Assembly (NCBI GenBank): GCA_902520385.1
Contig: CABYOB010000001.1
Coordinates: 14,409 to 78,408 of the forward strand
Length of the DNA stretch: 64,000 bases
Origin: an uncultured Bacteroidota bacterium
GTDB lineage: Bacteria > Bacteroidota > Bacteroidia > Flavobacteriales > TMED113
Direction of reading: 5' to 3'
Positions 48,912 to 57,794 of this stretch are shown here, piece after piece. Below the pieces are notes generated by a model, which did not search any database, had not been told where the DNA came from, and was given only the letters and a program-made list of their open reading frames with translations. The position numbers and the translations under genes were made by a program. Every line of letters begins with the position of its first letter. Positions within the stretch are counted from its first letter, which is position 1.

Positions 48912-49669
48912 TTTTAAATTCTAAAATACTAGGCTCAAATGATAAAGTATTAATTATTTTACATGGTTTGTTTGGTTCATTAGATAATTGGTTTAGTATA
49001 GCGAAAGAACTATCTATTTTTTATCAAGTACATATTTTAGATCAACGAAATCATGGAAAATCCTTTCATGATTTCAAGCATAATTATGATTCAATGAGTA
49101 ATGATTTATATAATTATATAAATTATCATAATATTAAAAAACCCTCTATTTTAGGTCATTCTATGGGGGGGAAGACCGCAATGGTATTTGCGTTTCAATA
49201 TCCACAGTATTTAAGTAAATTGATTATTATTGATATAGCTCCTAAAAGTTATATTAATGATTACGGCGCATTAACATCTGCATTGGTTTACATAGATAAT
49301 GCAGAATTAAAATCTAGAAAAAAAGCACAACTCATTTTAGAAAACAAAAAAATAGATAATAAGACAATTCAATTTTTGTTGAAAAATTTATTTTGGAAGG
49401 ATGGAAAATTAAATTTTCGTTTTAATTTAAATGTAATTAAAAACTCTATTGAAGAGTTAATGAAATTCAAGTATCTAAATTTTTCTTGGGATGGTTTATG
49501 CTATTTTATAAAGGGGGGTAAATCAAATTACATTTTAGACTCAGACAACACATTAATAAAAAAATATTTTTTAAATTCTGAAATAATTAATATTGATGAA
49601 GCAAATCATTGGGTTCATTTTGATCAAAAAGAAAAATTTATTGATTCTATAAAAAGAGTTATGCTATAA
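48908..49669 (+). CDS. alpha/beta-fold hydrolase
   Basis: LHGLFGS oxyanion region, nucleophile elbow GHSMGGK, C-terminal ANHWVH catalytic His region. Confidence 0.7.
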   Translation: MILNSKILGSNDKVLIILHGLFGSLDNWFSIAKELSIFYQVHILDQRNHGKSFHDFKHNYDSMSNDLYNYINYHNIKKPSILGHSMGGKTAMVFAFQYPQYLSKLIIIDIAPKSYINDYGALTSALVYIDNAELKSRKKAQLILENKKIDNKTIQFLLKNLFWKDGKLNFRFNLNVIKNSIEELMKFKYLNFSWDGLCYFIKGGKSNYILDSDNTLIKKYFLNSEIINIDEANHWVHFDQKEKFIDSIKRVML

Positions 49670-49679
49670 AATCACATAT

Positions 49680-50923
49680 ATGGAAATATCTACTTATTTT
49701 TTTAACACTGAAGCGCCTGTTTTAGGTGTTTTAATTATTATTCTTGCAGCGATTTTTTATGCTGAAAAAAGTACTAATAGTTTTTTAGTAAAATTTTTTA
49801 AGTATGTCCCGGGATTATTACTTTGTTATTTTATGCCTTCAATATTAAATAGCTTAGGTCTTGTTTCTCCTGATGTATCTAAAAATTTGTATTATGTTGC
49901 TTCTAGGTATTTATTACCAGCTAGTTTAGTTTTATTGACATTAAGTATTGATTTGAAAAGTATTATTAATCTTGGCCCTAAAGCCATCATCATGTTTCTT
50001 ACGGGAACAGTTGGTATTTTAATAGGGGGTCCTATTAGCTTATTAATAGCATCATATTTTGGATTGGTTCCTATTAATCCCGAAGATTTATGGAGAGGGT
50101 TAACGACAGTAGCAGGAAGTTGGATTGGGGGGGGGGGGCTAACCAAGCGGCAATGAAAGAAATGTTTAATGTAGATGATAAAATATTCAGCTCTATGATT
50201 ACAGTTGATGTAATAGTTGCTAATGTATGGATGGGGTTTTTACTCTTTGGCGCTGGAATTAATCAACGTGTAGATAAATGGCTGAAAGCAGATTCTTCGG
50301 CTATAGAAGATTTGAAAAATAAATTAATAAACTACAAAAAGAAAAATCAACGAATTCCATCATTGTTAGATTTCATGATGATTATTGCTATTGGATTTGG
50401 TGTAACTGGTTTTGCACATTTCTTTTCTGATATAATAAGTCCTTATATTCAGAATAATTTTCCCTATTTAGAGAAATTTAGTTTAACTAGTAAATTTTTT
50501 TGGTTAATTGTTATAGCAACTACTGGTGGCTTGACTTTATCATTTACTAATTTTAGAAAATATGAAGGAGCTGGAGCATCTACAATAGGAAGTATTTTTT
50601 TATATGTTTTAGTTGCTACTATTGGGATGAAAATGGATGCATTGGCAATTTTAGATAATCCAGGATTATTTATATTAGGTTTTATATGGATGCTAATTCA
50701 TGTTTTTTTATTATTGTTGATAGCTAAACTAATTAAAGCTCCATTCTTCTTTGTTGCTGTAGGAAGTCAAGCAAATGTTGGTGGCGCTGCCTCTGCACCG
50801 GTTGTCGCCTCTGCTTTTCATCCATCACTAGCTCCTGTAGGAGTTCTTCTTGCCGTTTTAGGTTATGCTTTAGGAACCTATGCCGCGTGGTTTTGCGGTA
50901 TATTAATGCAATTTGTTAGTTAA
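49680..50923 (+). pseudogene. DUF819-like polytopic membrane protein gene interrupted by a frameshift in a G12 run
   Basis: Track ORFs 49680-50156 and 50090-50923 are two frames of one gene. Frame 1 reads ...AGSWIGGGGLTKRQ*. The other frame continues (W)GGGANQAAMKEMF... Ten G (or thirteen) would give a continuous AGSWIGGG(G)ANQAAMKEMF protein of about 414 aa. Confidence 0.7.
50127..50138. repeat. G12 homopolymer tract
   Basis: Counted directly: tggatt + 12 G + ct. It sits exactly at the frame switch of the DUF819-like gene. Confidence 0.95.
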
Positions 50924-53146
50924 TTATTTCACAATTAAAGGAATATAATTTGCATTGTTAATTTCTATAAAGTAAAAGCCAACATCATTTATTTTTAATT
51001 GATTTTTACCTTTTGGTAGTATATTATTTAATATTAGTTTCCCTTGTAAATTATAAATTTTAATATTATTTAAATCTTCTTTTAAATTTAAATTGAATAA
51101 TCCATTTCCAGGGTTTGGATATAACATATTATTACTATTAATTTCATCAATACTTATATTAAAATTACAATCGAATTGGTAAAAAATATTCTCGCCTATA
51201 TTTCCGTTTAAATCAGCCATTTCAAAAACATTAATAATAAAATTAGATGAGCTCAAATTAGTAAGTGAAATTATAATTTTTGTTGGGTCAAAAATATCCA
51301 TAGAAACGCTTTGAATGTCACCACCACCAACATAGAAATTTAAATCATTTACATATGAATTATCAATTTCTTCATTAAAAAATAAATATATAAAGTAGTT
51401 ATTACCAACTTCATAACATTCATGATTAGCTATGTATGGTGGAGTTGTGTCTGCTCCTGATTCAACGTCGGATGGCATTCGTAAATCTACTTTCCAATCA
51501 TTGAAAGTTGAAGAAACAACACCTGTTATTGTATATACTTCACCAATTTCTTCATCATGCTCATAGCCATCAGGTGTATTATGAATACCACATGTGCCAG
51601 AACCATCATTCACATTCCAAACACCATATCCATTTGCATTTGATGTACATTCAACATCAATCATTTTAATCAAAACTCCTTCGTACTGTTCTTGTAAAGC
51701 TTCACCACTTGTTACTAGAATTGGTTCAGGAATTGGATTATTATTACTAATTATGTAAATATCTTCTGGTTGATAAATTTCGGTTGTTCCAGGACCGTCA
51801 CATAATGAGCCATCATCCCAGCAAAATTCACTTACTTCACCTACTACAATCACGCTATCACCGATTTGAGGAAGGCCGGCGCTGCTATAAATATAAATTC
51901 CTGACCAGGGTTCAGATCCATTTTGAATGTAAAAACTATTTGCAAATGCACCGGTTACAATACCAGTTGTATTTACAAACTGTCCTTCATAGGGAGAAGA
52001 TTCTGATTCACCTTGAATTTCATTAATTGGAGTTATAACCCCTTCAAATGGAAATGGAGGTATTATCTCAGAGCCATAAAATGTTTGAGAAATACCAAAG
52101 TCATCACAAATAGTTGCAGTTATATTGTAGCAAAACATCGTGTTATACGGTTGTGCAGGAATTTGACATTCATAATTCCCATTTTCATTTAAGCTCATAT
52201 TTATACTACTTGATGTGTCCCACCAACTGTTTCCAAAATTTAAAGTCATATTTACAACAGGACAATTAATGGTACTGATTATATTAGCTGATATTGTGAA
52301 AGTTGAGCCTCCTTCAATATTTTCAGGATCAATAGAAACATTAGAAAATTGTATAGGATTAATATTTGGTTCTTCTTCAGAAAATATATAGTCAACAAAT
52401 TCAGGGTAGTCTATAAATGGGTTTCTATTTCCTTGCCATTTAAATATAATATCATTTCTTCTTTTTTCAAATGCATCAGGGGGGTCTTGTTCATGCCACT
52501 GTAAAAGTGTTGATTTATCTCCAATTTGTGGATAAGGATATGTTGTTAAACCATCAACAACAACTAAGTTAGGTTCACCTGAACCTCCTTCGTATCTAAC
52601 ATCCATATAAAATATAATTCTAGCAATGTCTCCTTTTACCTCATCTCTAGGCTCAAAAGTTGTTGTAGTTGAATAACATGAGGTTTCAACATCCCCATTA
52701 AAAACTATACTTCCGCCATTGTCAAAATCTTTTTCACCTCTAAATGTATTCATGCTACTATCAATAGGTTTTAAATTATGAGCATCTGAATAAGCAGGTT
52801 CTTCAAAAGGGTCGCCATTATCAAATTCTCCATGAGATTTTGGCCAAACATGTTCTCTGTTCCAGAAATCAGCTTGCATATTGGATGCAAAGTCAAATTT
52901 ATCAATTGAATTGCCAGAGTATACTAAGATTATATTTGAAGGATTATTTGGGTCTTCATCAGATTCCCTTAGAATATCTTTTGTTGTAGTGTAAGAATAA
53001 GAAGTGTGATCACTTATTAATTCATGAAGTTCAGATTTTAGTTCTTCACCAGATAAACCAAAACAAGATTGATAATAATCAACTGTTTGACAAATCGTAA
53101 AAAATGGGATTCCTATGTATAAAATTATATGTAAAAAGTGTTTCAT
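50924..53146 (-). CDS. secreted multidomain endonuclease I family nuclease with T9SS C-terminal sorting domain
   Basis: Signal peptide. Endonuclease_1-type motifs NREHVWPKSHG, SDAHNLKPID, FRGEKDF, KGDIARIIFYMDVRY, QGNRNPFIDYPEF. A downstream IQGESESSPYEGQFVNTTGIVTG...GDSVIVVGEVSEF module resembles those of ExeM/NucH-type extracellular nucleases. C-terminus LYPNPGNGLFNLNL...GFYFIEI... is a T9SS CTD. Confidence 0.8.
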   Translation of the reverse strand: MKHFLHIILYIGIPFFTICQTVDYYQSCFGLSGEELKSELHELISDHTSYSYTTTKDILRESDEDPNNPSNIILVYSGNSIDKFDFASNMQADFWNREHVWPKSHGEFDNGDPFEEPAYSDAHNLKPIDSSMNTFRGEKDFDNGGSIVFNGDVETSCYSTTTTFEPRDEVKGDIARIIFYMDVRYEGGSGEPNLVVVDGLTTYPYPQIGDKSTLLQWHEQDPPDAFEKRRNDIIFKWQGNRNPFIDYPEFVDYIFSEEEPNINPIQFSNVSIDPENIEGGSTFTISANIISTINCPVVNMTLNFGNSWWDTSSSINMSLNENGNYECQIPAQPYNTMFCYNITATICDDFGISQTFYGSEIIPPFPFEGVITPINEIQGESESSPYEGQFVNTTGIVTGAFANSFYIQNGSEPWSGIYIYSSAGLPQIGDSVIVVGEVSEFCWDDGSLCDGPGTTEIYQPEDIYIISNNNPIPEPILVTSGEALQEQYEGVLIKMIDVECTSNANGYGVWNVNDGSGTCGIHNTPDGYEHDEEIGEVYTITGVVSSTFNDWKVDLRMPSDVESGADTTPPYIANHECYEVGNNYFIYLFFNEEIDNSYVNDLNFYVGGGDIQSVSMDIFDPTKIIISLTNLSSSNFIINVFEMADLNGNIGENIFYQFDCNFNISIDEINSNNMLYPNPGNGLFNLNLKEDLNNIKIYNLQGKLILNNILPKGKNQLKINDVGFYFIEINNANYIPLIVK

Positions 53147-53150
53147 AGTG

Positions 53151-55970
53151 TTAAAATTTATATTCTATTGAGGCAACTAATCTTCTTGGCATACCAAAAA
53201 AAACTGATGCAGAAGATGCATCAGAGTTCATTGGTGAATCTTCAACGTAACTTGAATTATTTTCTGCGTCACTAATATATGTTGTATTAAATAAATTTAG
53301 CACATTCAATTTAAAATTTAAGCTAGATTTTTTAAAATAAAAATTTTGCCCCATATGTAAACTAAATACAGCATATCCAGGTATTTGCCAAACAGTTTTT
53401 TCTTCATTTAATGTAAATGGATCATAGTCAGAAAAGAATCTATCAGAGTAAATTCCTTTTAACTTTATATAACCTTTAGTTTTCTTGCCAAACATGAAAT
53501 TATAACTTATACTTGACCCTATTTGTGTTTGAGGCGAGTCACCTACATATACTCCTCTAGCATCAAAGTAATCACTTTCTAAAAGTTGTTGATTCAAATA
53601 AAAGTTTACTGTGTCACCTGAATTCCATTTCCAGTTTCCAATTGAACTAAGGAACTCATATTTTAATGATTTTGATATTTTCCATGCAAAATCTAGTTCA
53701 ATTCCTTGATGTAAAGCGTTGATGCCATTTATGTTATAAGAAACGGTTTCACCACCATCAAGTACAGTAGTTCCTGATTGAGGTTTGTTTTCCCAGATAG
53801 TATTATAAGCATTTAAGTTTAAAGAGAAATTTCTTGATTTATAACCATAGCCAACTTCAATAGCTTTGACAATTTCGTTTTTAGTATTAAAATATGTTTC
53901 ATTATTATAATTAAAAACATTGTTGAATCTAGGTGCTTTTGATAAAATTCCTGTATTAATAAAAACATTGTTAGATTCATCTATATTCCAATTTGCGCCA
54001 GTTTTAAAAGTAAATCCTGGGAAACTCTCCCAATTGCTCTCTGTATATCTTGCTTCTTGAGAATTAATGGTGTACTCAGTTCCATTATAATTAATAGTAT
54101 CATTTATACCAACAGCTTGGACTAGAATAGTATCATTAAAAACTAAATCTTGTTTTTTAAAGTAGTCAATTCTTTTATATAAAGTTTGTGATCCGGTAAC
54201 GTTAATAAATGCAGAAATATCTTTATAGTTATATTCTAATTGTCCAAATGCTCCAGCCCACCTAACTAGTCCATCATTGTGATAATACATTTTATCGCCT
54301 TCTCTTAAAATTAAATTATTTGAACTTTCTCCTACTGAATTTTTTGAACCAGAACCTAGTGACCCAACGTAGTAATCTCCACCTAATAAGTCATAGACCT
54401 CTCTATAATGTTCTCCTTTATATGTTCTCAAGTCTAACCCGGACGCTAAATCTAATTCATTATTTATTTTAAAATTAAAAGTAGATAGTAAACCACCCCA
54501 ATAATGATTATTTATGGAAGAGTATAATATGCTTGTAGATTTTTTTTCAGTACTGCTGTAAGCTAAATCAATTGCTGGTCCACCTGGATTAATAAAAGAG
54601 TTCCAAATATTACCATGATTTACATCATAAATATTTTGAAAATCAATTTGATTATTAGGTGTATAAGTAAGCATTCCGCCATGTAATCCTGTTCCACCAC
54701 CATGACCAGTAGAATAATATAATACGTTAGTTAAAGAAGTATTTTCATTTAAATTCCATAAATGTTGAAAATTAAAATTAGGTTTATGATAATAATTTTT
54801 AAATCTGTTAACGTAACGATTTTCTCCTCTAATAGTATCAATTGCTACACCATTTTCAAATACAACTTGATAATTATTATATACTCCCCAATTGGGATTG
54901 TATGTTAAACCATAGCCCCCTTCAAGAGACTCTACGTTAACTCCTTGATTAGCGGCAAATTCTTTATCATAAACAGCCATTCCTGTTTGATATTTTCTTT
55001 GATCATGTTCTTGAGGGGCTCCAAATGCAGATAAAGAAAATATGTGATTTTTAAACTGTTTTTGCCATTTTAAATAATAAAAGAAACCCTTTGAAGAGGT
55101 TTGATCAATTAAACCATCAGACCTTTTGAATGAACCTGCAAAATTAAATTTGCCTATTTTAAAATCTTTAGTTGTGTAGGCAAAAGATGTTCTTAATGAA
55201 TTTCCATTTCCTATTTCTTGTTTTATTCTTCCACCTTCTTTTGTGTCAATTCCCTTAGTTATAATATTAATAGTTCCACCAACAGATGGTAAGGCTAATT
55301 TTGAGGCTCCTAGTCCTCTCTGAACTTGAATGGTTCTTGTTAATCCGTCTAATCCAAACCAATTAGACCAGTATACCCATCCATTTTCCATATCATTCAT
55401 TGGGACACCATCAATCATTACAGCCACATTTCTTTGATTGAAACCTCTAATATTTATTCTTACATCTCCATCTCCCCCTCCTGTTTGTGTTGCATAGACA
55501 CCAGGTGTTGAATTCAAAAGCATTGGAATTTCTTGACCAGCTAATTCTGTTTCTATTTTTTCTAGTTTTACATTACTTAGGGAAACAGGGGTTTTTCTAA
55601 ATTCTGCTTGATCACTGATTATATCAACAGCATTTAACTCTTCTGTTTTCATTTTTATAGTTAAACGTGGGATAGATTTTAGTTCTAATAATGGCAGCGT
55701 TTGTCTATAGTTATTATAACCAATATAAGAAGCGTTAATGATTACAGTTGGATTATTTGAGTTCAGCGAAATTTTAAATTCTCCAAATGTATTTGCCGTT
55801 GTGCCACCAATCATGTTACCATAAATATCATTTATGACAATATTAGCTAAAGGAAGGGTTTCATCTGAATTTTCGTCAATAACAACACCTTCAATCAAAA
55901 TAGGTGTACCGTTTTGACTAAATAAAAAATTAAAACAGAAAAAAAATACTAATACAAAATATTTATTCAT
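53151..55970 (-). CDS. TonB-dependent outer membrane transporter (CarboxypepD_reg-like N-domain + plug + barrel)
   Basis: Signal peptide ending LFSQ. IEGVVIDENSDETLPLANIVIND (carboxypeptidase-regulatory-like fold). Plug region GQEIPMLLNSTPGVYATQTGGGDGDVRINIRGFNQRNVAVMIDGVPMND. 939 aa, C-terminal ...SIEYKF. No SusD-like partner adjacent. Confidence 0.85.
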   Translation of the reverse strand: MNKYFVLVFFFCFNFLFSQNGTPILIEGVVIDENSDETLPLANIVINDIYGNMIGGTTANTFGEFKISLNSNNPTVIINASYIGYNNYRQTLPLLELKSIPRLTIKMKTEELNAVDIISDQAEFRKTPVSLSNVKLEKIETELAGQEIPMLLNSTPGVYATQTGGGDGDVRINIRGFNQRNVAVMIDGVPMNDMENGWVYWSNWFGLDGLTRTIQVQRGLGASKLALPSVGGTINIITKGIDTKEGGRIKQEIGNGNSLRTSFAYTTKDFKIGKFNFAGSFKRSDGLIDQTSSKGFFYYLKWQKQFKNHIFSLSAFGAPQEHDQRKYQTGMAVYDKEFAANQGVNVESLEGGYGLTYNPNWGVYNNYQVVFENGVAIDTIRGENRYVNRFKNYYHKPNFNFQHLWNLNENTSLTNVLYYSTGHGGGTGLHGGMLTYTPNNQIDFQNIYDVNHGNIWNSFINPGGPAIDLAYSSTEKKSTSILYSSINNHYWGGLLSTFNFKINNELDLASGLDLRTYKGEHYREVYDLLGGDYYVGSLGSGSKNSVGESSNNLILREGDKMYYHNDGLVRWAGAFGQLEYNYKDISAFINVTGSQTLYKRIDYFKKQDLVFNDTILVQAVGINDTINYNGTEYTINSQEARYTESNWESFPGFTFKTGANWNIDESNNVFINTGILSKAPRFNNVFNYNNETYFNTKNEIVKAIEVGYGYKSRNFSLNLNAYNTIWENKPQSGTTVLDGGETVSYNINGINALHQGIELDFAWKISKSLKYEFLSSIGNWKWNSGDTVNFYLNQQLLESDYFDARGVYVGDSPQTQIGSSISYNFMFGKKTKGYIKLKGIYSDRFFSDYDPFTLNEEKTVWQIPGYAVFSLHMGQNFYFKKSSLNFKLNVLNLFNTTYISDAENNSSYVEDSPMNSDASSASVFFGMPRRLVASIEYKF

Positions 55971-56961
55971 TTTCTACTAAAATCGGTCTGGTTTTTGTTC
56001 CATATGCATCGATAACTGAAATGAAATATAGACCTGATGAATAATTGGAAATATCAATTGTTGTTTCAATAGCATTTGATTTCGATTTTGAAATTATTTT
56101 ACCTAATTGGTTAGAAATTAATATTTCTTTTATAGCGTAGTCATTTGAAATATAAACTTTTTGAGAGTTAGTCACAGGGTTTGGGAATATTCTTAACCTA
56201 TTATTTAATTCTTCAAGATTAGAGTTTATATTGCAATCACAGTCATGAAATCCTAAATTCATAAATGTATTAACAGGAAGAGAATCCCACTCTAAAGTTG
56301 GATCAAATATAGTTGGGTTTGCAGAAACACCTTGAGCAATAAGTGGTTTTCTTATTAAAGTGTGATCTTTTGTCCAATAATTTCCTTCAGAATCGTTCCA
56401 AGAGGCTCCAGGATCTTCTCCAACTTTTCCGATCAAGTCAATTACAATACCTGTTCCTAATAATTCTAGTGTTACCGCATCATTTCCATTGAAATACATG
56501 GTTGTTGGAAATGCAGCTGCTGAATCTGGGTCTGTCCCAAAATAGTATATCGGATTCAAAAATAAATCTACTTTACTTTGTAAGTCAGTGTCTTCATTGT
56601 ATGTAGTAACTTCTTCTCCAGTTAATGAGTCAATATAAGTGTAATAACCATCCCAAACAGGCGCTTCATAACCTTCTCCATTAGGGTCTTGTTTGTCTAG
56701 GCAAACTACAAAAGTTCCGTAAGCATTAATTATTCCTGCCAGTTGAGTTGTGCTAGGAGTGGTTCCACCATTTGAATATCTTGAAATAGAATAAGATGAT
56801 AAATCAATAGTTTCTCCGGTAGGGTTATAAATTTCTAATGCTTTATTATTGGACCAGCCTTCAATATATTCAGAAAAAAATAATTGAGAACAATCTTGAC
56901 TAAATGAAATAGTAGTTAAAAATAGAGTAAAGGTTAATAGTTTTTTCATAATTATTTTCAT
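55963..56961 (-). CDS. lamin-tail-domain (LTD)-like secreted protein with T9SS C-terminal sorting domain
   Basis: Signal peptide ending SFSQ. FFSEYIEGWSNNKALEIYNPTGETIDLSSYSISRYSNGG ... NGNDAVTLELLGTGIVIDLIG ... DHTLIRKP matches the LTD pattern seen at the N-termini of ExeM/NucH nucleases. C-terminal IFPNPVTNSQKVYI...SGLYFISV... is a T9SS CTD. 8-nt overlap (ATGAATAA) with the transporter gene. Confidence 0.65.
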   Translation of the reverse strand: MKIIMKKLLTFTLFLTTISFSQDCSQLFFSEYIEGWSNNKALEIYNPTGETIDLSSYSISRYSNGGTTPSTTQLAGIINAYGTFVVCLDKQDPNGEGYEAPVWDGYYTYIDSLTGEEVTTYNEDTDLQSKVDLFLNPIYYFGTDPDSAAAFPTTMYFNGNDAVTLELLGTGIVIDLIGKVGEDPGASWNDSEGNYWTKDHTLIRKPLIAQGVSANPTIFDPTLEWDSLPVNTFMNLGFHDCDCNINSNLEELNNRLRIFPNPVTNSQKVYISNDYAIKEILISNQLGKIISKSKSNAIETTIDISNYSSGLYFISVIDAYGTKTRPILVENE

Positions 56962-56974
56962 TTTGTGATGTGTT

Positions 56975-56982
56975 CAAATATA
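56975..56982 (-). promoter_or_regulatory. candidate -7 promoter box (TATATTTG on minus strand) for the LTD/transporter/nuclease operon
   Basis: Plus strand caaatata, 13 nt upstream of the ATG at 56961, in a divergent intergenic region. Confidence 0.35.
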
Positions 56983-57034
56983 ATAAATTGAATCAGTATA
57001 ATATATAATTTCAGCAACATTAACGTTAATTATT

Positions 57035-57042
57035 TACTTTTG
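57035..57042 (+). promoter_or_regulatory. candidate -7 promoter box (TACTTTTG) for the GT2/pyrC unit
   Basis: Exact TAnnTTTG ending 9 nt before the ATG at 57051. Same octamer and spacing as upstream of glyQS. Confidence 0.35.
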
Positions 57043-57050
57043 TAAATATT

Positions 57051-57794
57051 ATGATAGATAGTTTAATTATTATACCCACATACAATGAGTCTGAAAATGT
57101 ATCTTTGATGATAGAAAGGATATTCTCTTTATATAGTCATTTTCATATTTTAATTGTAGATGATTCTTCTCCAGATGGCACAAGTTTATTTGTTAAGGAG
57201 TTGCAAAAAAAATACAATTCAAATTTATTTTTATTAGAAAGAGAAAAAAAAATAGGTTTAGGCGCAGCTTATATTGCAGGTTTCAATTGGGGCTTAGAAA
57301 AAGAATATAAATTTTTTTTTCAAATGGATTGTGATTTTTCTCATGATCCAAAAGATTTAATTAGATTACATAATGTTTTAAAACAAAATGAAGCTGATAT
57401 GGTAATAGGATCTAGGTATATTACGGGAGTAAATGTAGTTAATTGGCCAATGAGTAGGGTTCTTCTTTCATATTTTGCATCAAAGTATGTACGATTCTTT
57501 ACAAGAATAAAAGTTTCAGATTCAACGGCTGGTTTTAATGGATATAAGAGAGATGTATTAACAAGTTTGGACTTTTCTAAGATTAAATTTGTTGGTTATG
57601 GTTTTCAAATTGAAATGAAGTATAGAACTTGGAAAATGAATTATAAGATTAAAGAGATTCCAATTATTTTTAGGGACAGGGAGAAAGGAGATTCAAAAAT
57701 TAATAATAAAATAATTTGGGAGGGCGTGTTTGGAGTTTTTAGACTCGTTGTTAGAAATATTTTATTTTCTAGCGAATTTAAAAGAAAAAAGTAA
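57051..57794 (+). CDS. polyprenol-phosphate mannose synthase-like GT2 glycosyltransferase
   Basis: IIIPTYNESENV, VDDSSPDGT, QMDCDFSHDP (DxD region) typical of the Dpm1-like GT2 family; 247 aa. Confidence 0.8.
   Translation: MIDSLIIIPTYNESENVSLMIERIFSLYSHFHILIVDDSSPDGTSLFVKELQKKYNSNLFLLEREKKIGLGAAYIAGFNWGLEKEYKFFFQMDCDFSHDPKDLIRLHNVLKQNEADMVIGSRYITGVNVVNWPMSRVLLSYFASKYVRFFTRIKVSDSTAGFNGYKRDVLTSLDFSKIKFVGYGFQIEMKYRTWKMNYKIKEIPIIFRDREKGDSKINNKIIWEGVFGVFRLVVRNILFSSEFKRKK

Noticed and set aside
50090-50125. ATG at 50090 as an independent start of a 277-aa protein (MERVNDSSRKLDW...)
   Set aside because: These first 12 codons are the out-of-frame reading of the upstream DUF819-like ORF (which reads DLWRGLTTVAGSW in the true frame). 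The two ORFs are one gene split at the G12 tract.
14946-52026. Other short track ORFs: 2945-3142, 3972-4178, 14946-15209, 18013-18246, 18498-18680, 20529-20744, 21840-22070, 27789-28037, 32067-32330, 34231-34419, 34736-34927, 38560-38793, 39571-39753, 45319-45504, 46096-46314, 49892-50146, 51784-52026 (plus 58009-58206, 61225-61407, 61358-61600, 61976-62167)
   Set aside because: Each lies wholly inside a longer, motif-supported gene (opposite strand or alternative frame) and has AT-driven low-complexity composition. None has independent support.
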